Shown here in pieces: positions 61,754 to 64,000 of a stretch of DNA of 64,000 nucleotides (position 1 is the first letter of the stretch; each line of letters starts with the position of its first letter). The translations under genes and the position numbers were made by a program. Source of the DNA: an uncultured Acidobacteriota bacterium (lineage in GTDB: Bacteria > Acidobacteriota > UBA6911); assembly GCA_963827655.1 (NCBI GenBank), contig CAWHCF010000036.1, positions 64,001 to 128,000 of the forward strand, in the 5' to 3' direction. The notes beneath the pieces were generated by a model. The model was not told the DNA's origin, ran no database searches, and worked only from the letters and a program-made list of their open reading frames with translations.

Positions 61754-64000
61754 TTACCAGGAGAGCAGCAATCGAATCTCGATCTCGCGGGTGGCTGCGC
61801 GCTCTAGATCCCCTTTGACGGCGGTGATCGTGCCGACGGTATTTGGCGCCGTGATATTCGCGTTCGGGTTACGGAAGTTCGGCCGGTTGAAAAGGTTTCT
61901 GCCGGCAAAGCCGAGTGTGAACTCGAAATCCTCGTAGAGCTGGAAGACCTTGAACAACCCGAGGTGCAGCGCGGAGAGCCCGGGTCCTTCAAGGATGTTG
62001 CGCCCGGTACTCCCGTAGCGCCCGGCGTTGACCGGCGGCACCGCAAACGCGGCGGCGTCGAACCAGCGATCGGGGGTCGGATCTGACAGGGCGCCGTCGG
62101 ACAACCGATCGGGCCGGCCCGTGAGCACCCCTGTGTTCGAAATGTCGCGCCCCGTGAACGTCGGGTGGAACCAGGACCCCGACTGAAGGAACAACGTCCA
62201 GGTCGTTTCCCAGCCACCGAGAACGCCGTTGACCAGGCCCGATGCGTCTCCCAGGAAACGGCGTCCCTTGCCGACCGGGATGGGCCAGAACGCGGTCCCG
62301 GTGAAGCGGTGCTGAAGCGCGTACTCCTCGCGCCCGCGCCACGCCCGGCGGTCAAACGGGTTTTCCAGCGAGGGTGCGACTTCGTCGCCCAGGTCGGGCG
62401 CGTCGGAGATCGTATTCGACCAGGTGTAGCCCACGTCGAACGAAAACGCCTGCAGCCGCCGTCGCGCCTCGATCTGAAAGCCGTGATAGGTGCTATTGCC
62501 GCCCTGGTCGAACAGCGTGATGTCGCCGTAGAGTGGATAGGGTCGCCGGCCCTGGCTGGCGGGCGTTGCGCTTGGAAGCGGGACGTTGATGTTGCGGCGG
62601 AACAGGAGACGCGTCCCCTTGGTCCCGATGTAGGAGGCTCGGAACCCGGTCTCGAAGTACTCCTTCTCCACGCTCAGGTTCCACTGGGAGACATACGGAT
62701 TCACGAGACCCGGTATTATCGCGTTGAGCGCCGGCGGAGTGGTCGACGGCCCTGCGGCCGTGCTGGTGAACGGCGTCGGGAACTGAAACAGTGGCTGCCC
62801 GCCCGTGATCTGGTTGACGAAGCGGTCGAGGCCGCGCGTGAAAGGCCCGCCGGTAAAGCTCGAGGCAACACCGTAGCCGATAAGGTCGTAGAAGGTGCCG
62901 TAGCCGCCCCGGACGACGAAGTCGTTTGACGCCGAAGGGCGGAAAGCGAAGCCGACCCGGGGTGCCCAGTTGTTCTGGTCGGAGTGCCAGAGGCTGTCGA
63001 GCGGGAAGGTCTCGCCATCGGCGACCACGATCGGAATCGTCGGGTTGAAGAGGGGGCTGACCTGGCTGAGCGCGTCTTCCGAGGCCAGGATCACGCGGCC
63101 ACTGGCCGGATCGAAGTTGTAGAGCGTATTGCGTCCATGCGTTGTCGGCGTCTGGTACTCGTAGCGGAGGCCGAGTTGCAGGGTCAGTCGCGGGCTGAGC
63201 TTGAAATCGTCCTGTACGAAGAAGCCCCACTGCGTCTGGCGCCGGAAGTCGTTCGGAGGCGGGTAGGCGCGCCGCGACTCCTGCGGCAATCCGAGGAGAA
63301 AGTCGCTGTAGGTGTTGCCGCTCAAGCCGCCCGTGAACAAAAACTGGCCGTACGTCCCGACCGGGATGTCGTTGTCGTACGGCAGCGCGCGCCGCACGTC
63401 CAGCCCCATCTTCCACGTGTGGCGGCCGCGCACCCAGGTAAGCGAGTCGGTGAGCTGCCCCTGCTGGTCGATCAGGACGGCCTGCCGGGTCTGCGTCAGG
63501 AGCTGAACCCCCCCTGAGCCGAAATCGAACACCGGCATACCGAACGCATCCGGCACATTCCCGATCCCCTGAATGCCGGCGTACGCGAGTACCTCGAGTC
63601 CCTTCTGTGGTCCGATGAACGGGTCCTGGCTGCGCACGAATCCGACCCGGAACTCGTTGACCAGGCGAGGCGTGAACGTATGGGTGTCACTTAAAACAGG
63701 GTTCCAGAACGTGCGCAGGCGGCTGAGAAAGCCGATCGTGGGAAGGCTCGACTCCATCTGGATCACCGGGAACTGCTGCCAGCCGAGCCGCGCGTAGAGC
63801 GTGTTGCGCGCGCCGATCTTCTGGTCGATCCGGACGTCGTAGTGCTCGTACTGCCCGGTGGCGTCGAACAGGATCCGGTGGTTGAGGGCGGTGAAGACAG
63901 CCGTGTTGCCGAAATTGGGCATCGGATAGAAGCGGTCCTGGATTCTCAGCGACTCGGGGCTGATGCGCGAAGCCGGAATGCGGTTTCCGTCGAAGGGCGC
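61754..64000 (-). CDS. TonB-dependent receptor (Oar-like), 5' part outside the window
   Basis: QDDFKLSPRLTLQLGLRYE, NNWAPRVGFA, NLFNRPNF, terminal W. Confidence 0.92.
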   Translation of the reverse strand, partial: APFDGNRIPASRISPESLRIQDRFYPMPNFGNTAVFTALNHRILFDATGQYEHYDVRIDQKIGARNTLYARLGWQQFPVIQMESSLPTIGFLSRLRTFWNPVLSDTHTFTPRLVNEFRVGFVRSQDPFIGPQKGLEVLAYAGIQGIGNVPDAFGMPVFDFGSGGVQLLTQTRQAVLIDQQGQLTDSLTWVRGRHTWKMGLDVRRALPYDNDIPVGTYGQFLFTGGLSGNTYSDFLLGLPQESRRAYPPPNDFRRQTQWGFFVQDDFKLSPRLTLQLGLRYEYQTPTTHGRNTLYNFDPASGRVILASEDALSQVSPLFNPTIPIVVADGETFPLDSLWHSDQNNWAPRVGFAFRPSASNDFVVRGGYGTFYDLIGYGVASSFTGGPFTRGLDRFVNQITGGQPLFQFPTPFTSTAAGPSTTPPALNAIIPGLVNPYVSQWNLSVEKEYFETGFRASYIGTKGTRLLFRRNINVPLPSATPASQGRRPYPLYGDITLFDQGGNSTYHGFQIEARRRLQAFSFDVGYTWSNTISDAPDLGDEVAPSLENPFDRRAWRGREEYALQHRFTGTAFWPIPVGKGRRFLGDASGLVNGVLGGWETTWTLFLQSGSWFHPTFTGRDISNTGVLTGRPDRLSDGALSDPTPDRWFDAAAFAVPPVNAGRYGSTGRNILEGPGLSALHLGLFKVFQLYEDFEFTLGFAGRNLFNRPNFRNPNANITAPNTVGTITAVKGDLERAATREIEIRLLLSW

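Overview
GC-rich bacterial DNA. The gene types (ADOP ABC permease, Oar-like TonB receptors, TPR Ser/Thr kinases, DUF6152/DUF6644) suggest Acidobacteriota; this is inference. About 45 CDSs are present, mostly unrelated single genes or small modules in both orientations. Many carry 1-nt frameshifts that are probably long-read errors. There is no rRNA, tRNA, CRISPR array, integrase or transposase. The most striking feature is non-coding. About 16 module junctions carry a conserved ~36-nt arm, consensus AACCACNAAG-ACNCNAAG-ACNCGAAG-AAACRCYAAG, alone or as an inverted pair. Five arms are interrupted at CTAAG by the same ~82-bp hairpin element with CTAAG duplicated. Arms or the element supply start codons, a Shine-Dalgarno or stop codons to neighbouring genes. 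The window also holds two copies of a ~200-bp MITE, a REP-like composite, heptamer arrays, several toxin-antitoxin loci or remnants, and several cleanly truncated gene remnants. Together these suggest a repeat-delimited, cassette-like gene-turnover region with a nested target-specific mini-element. An uncharacterised periplasmic cytochrome c/DUF6152/DUF6644 cluster lies at 2.2-8.7 kb. All family assignments are by eye from motifs; no database search was run.
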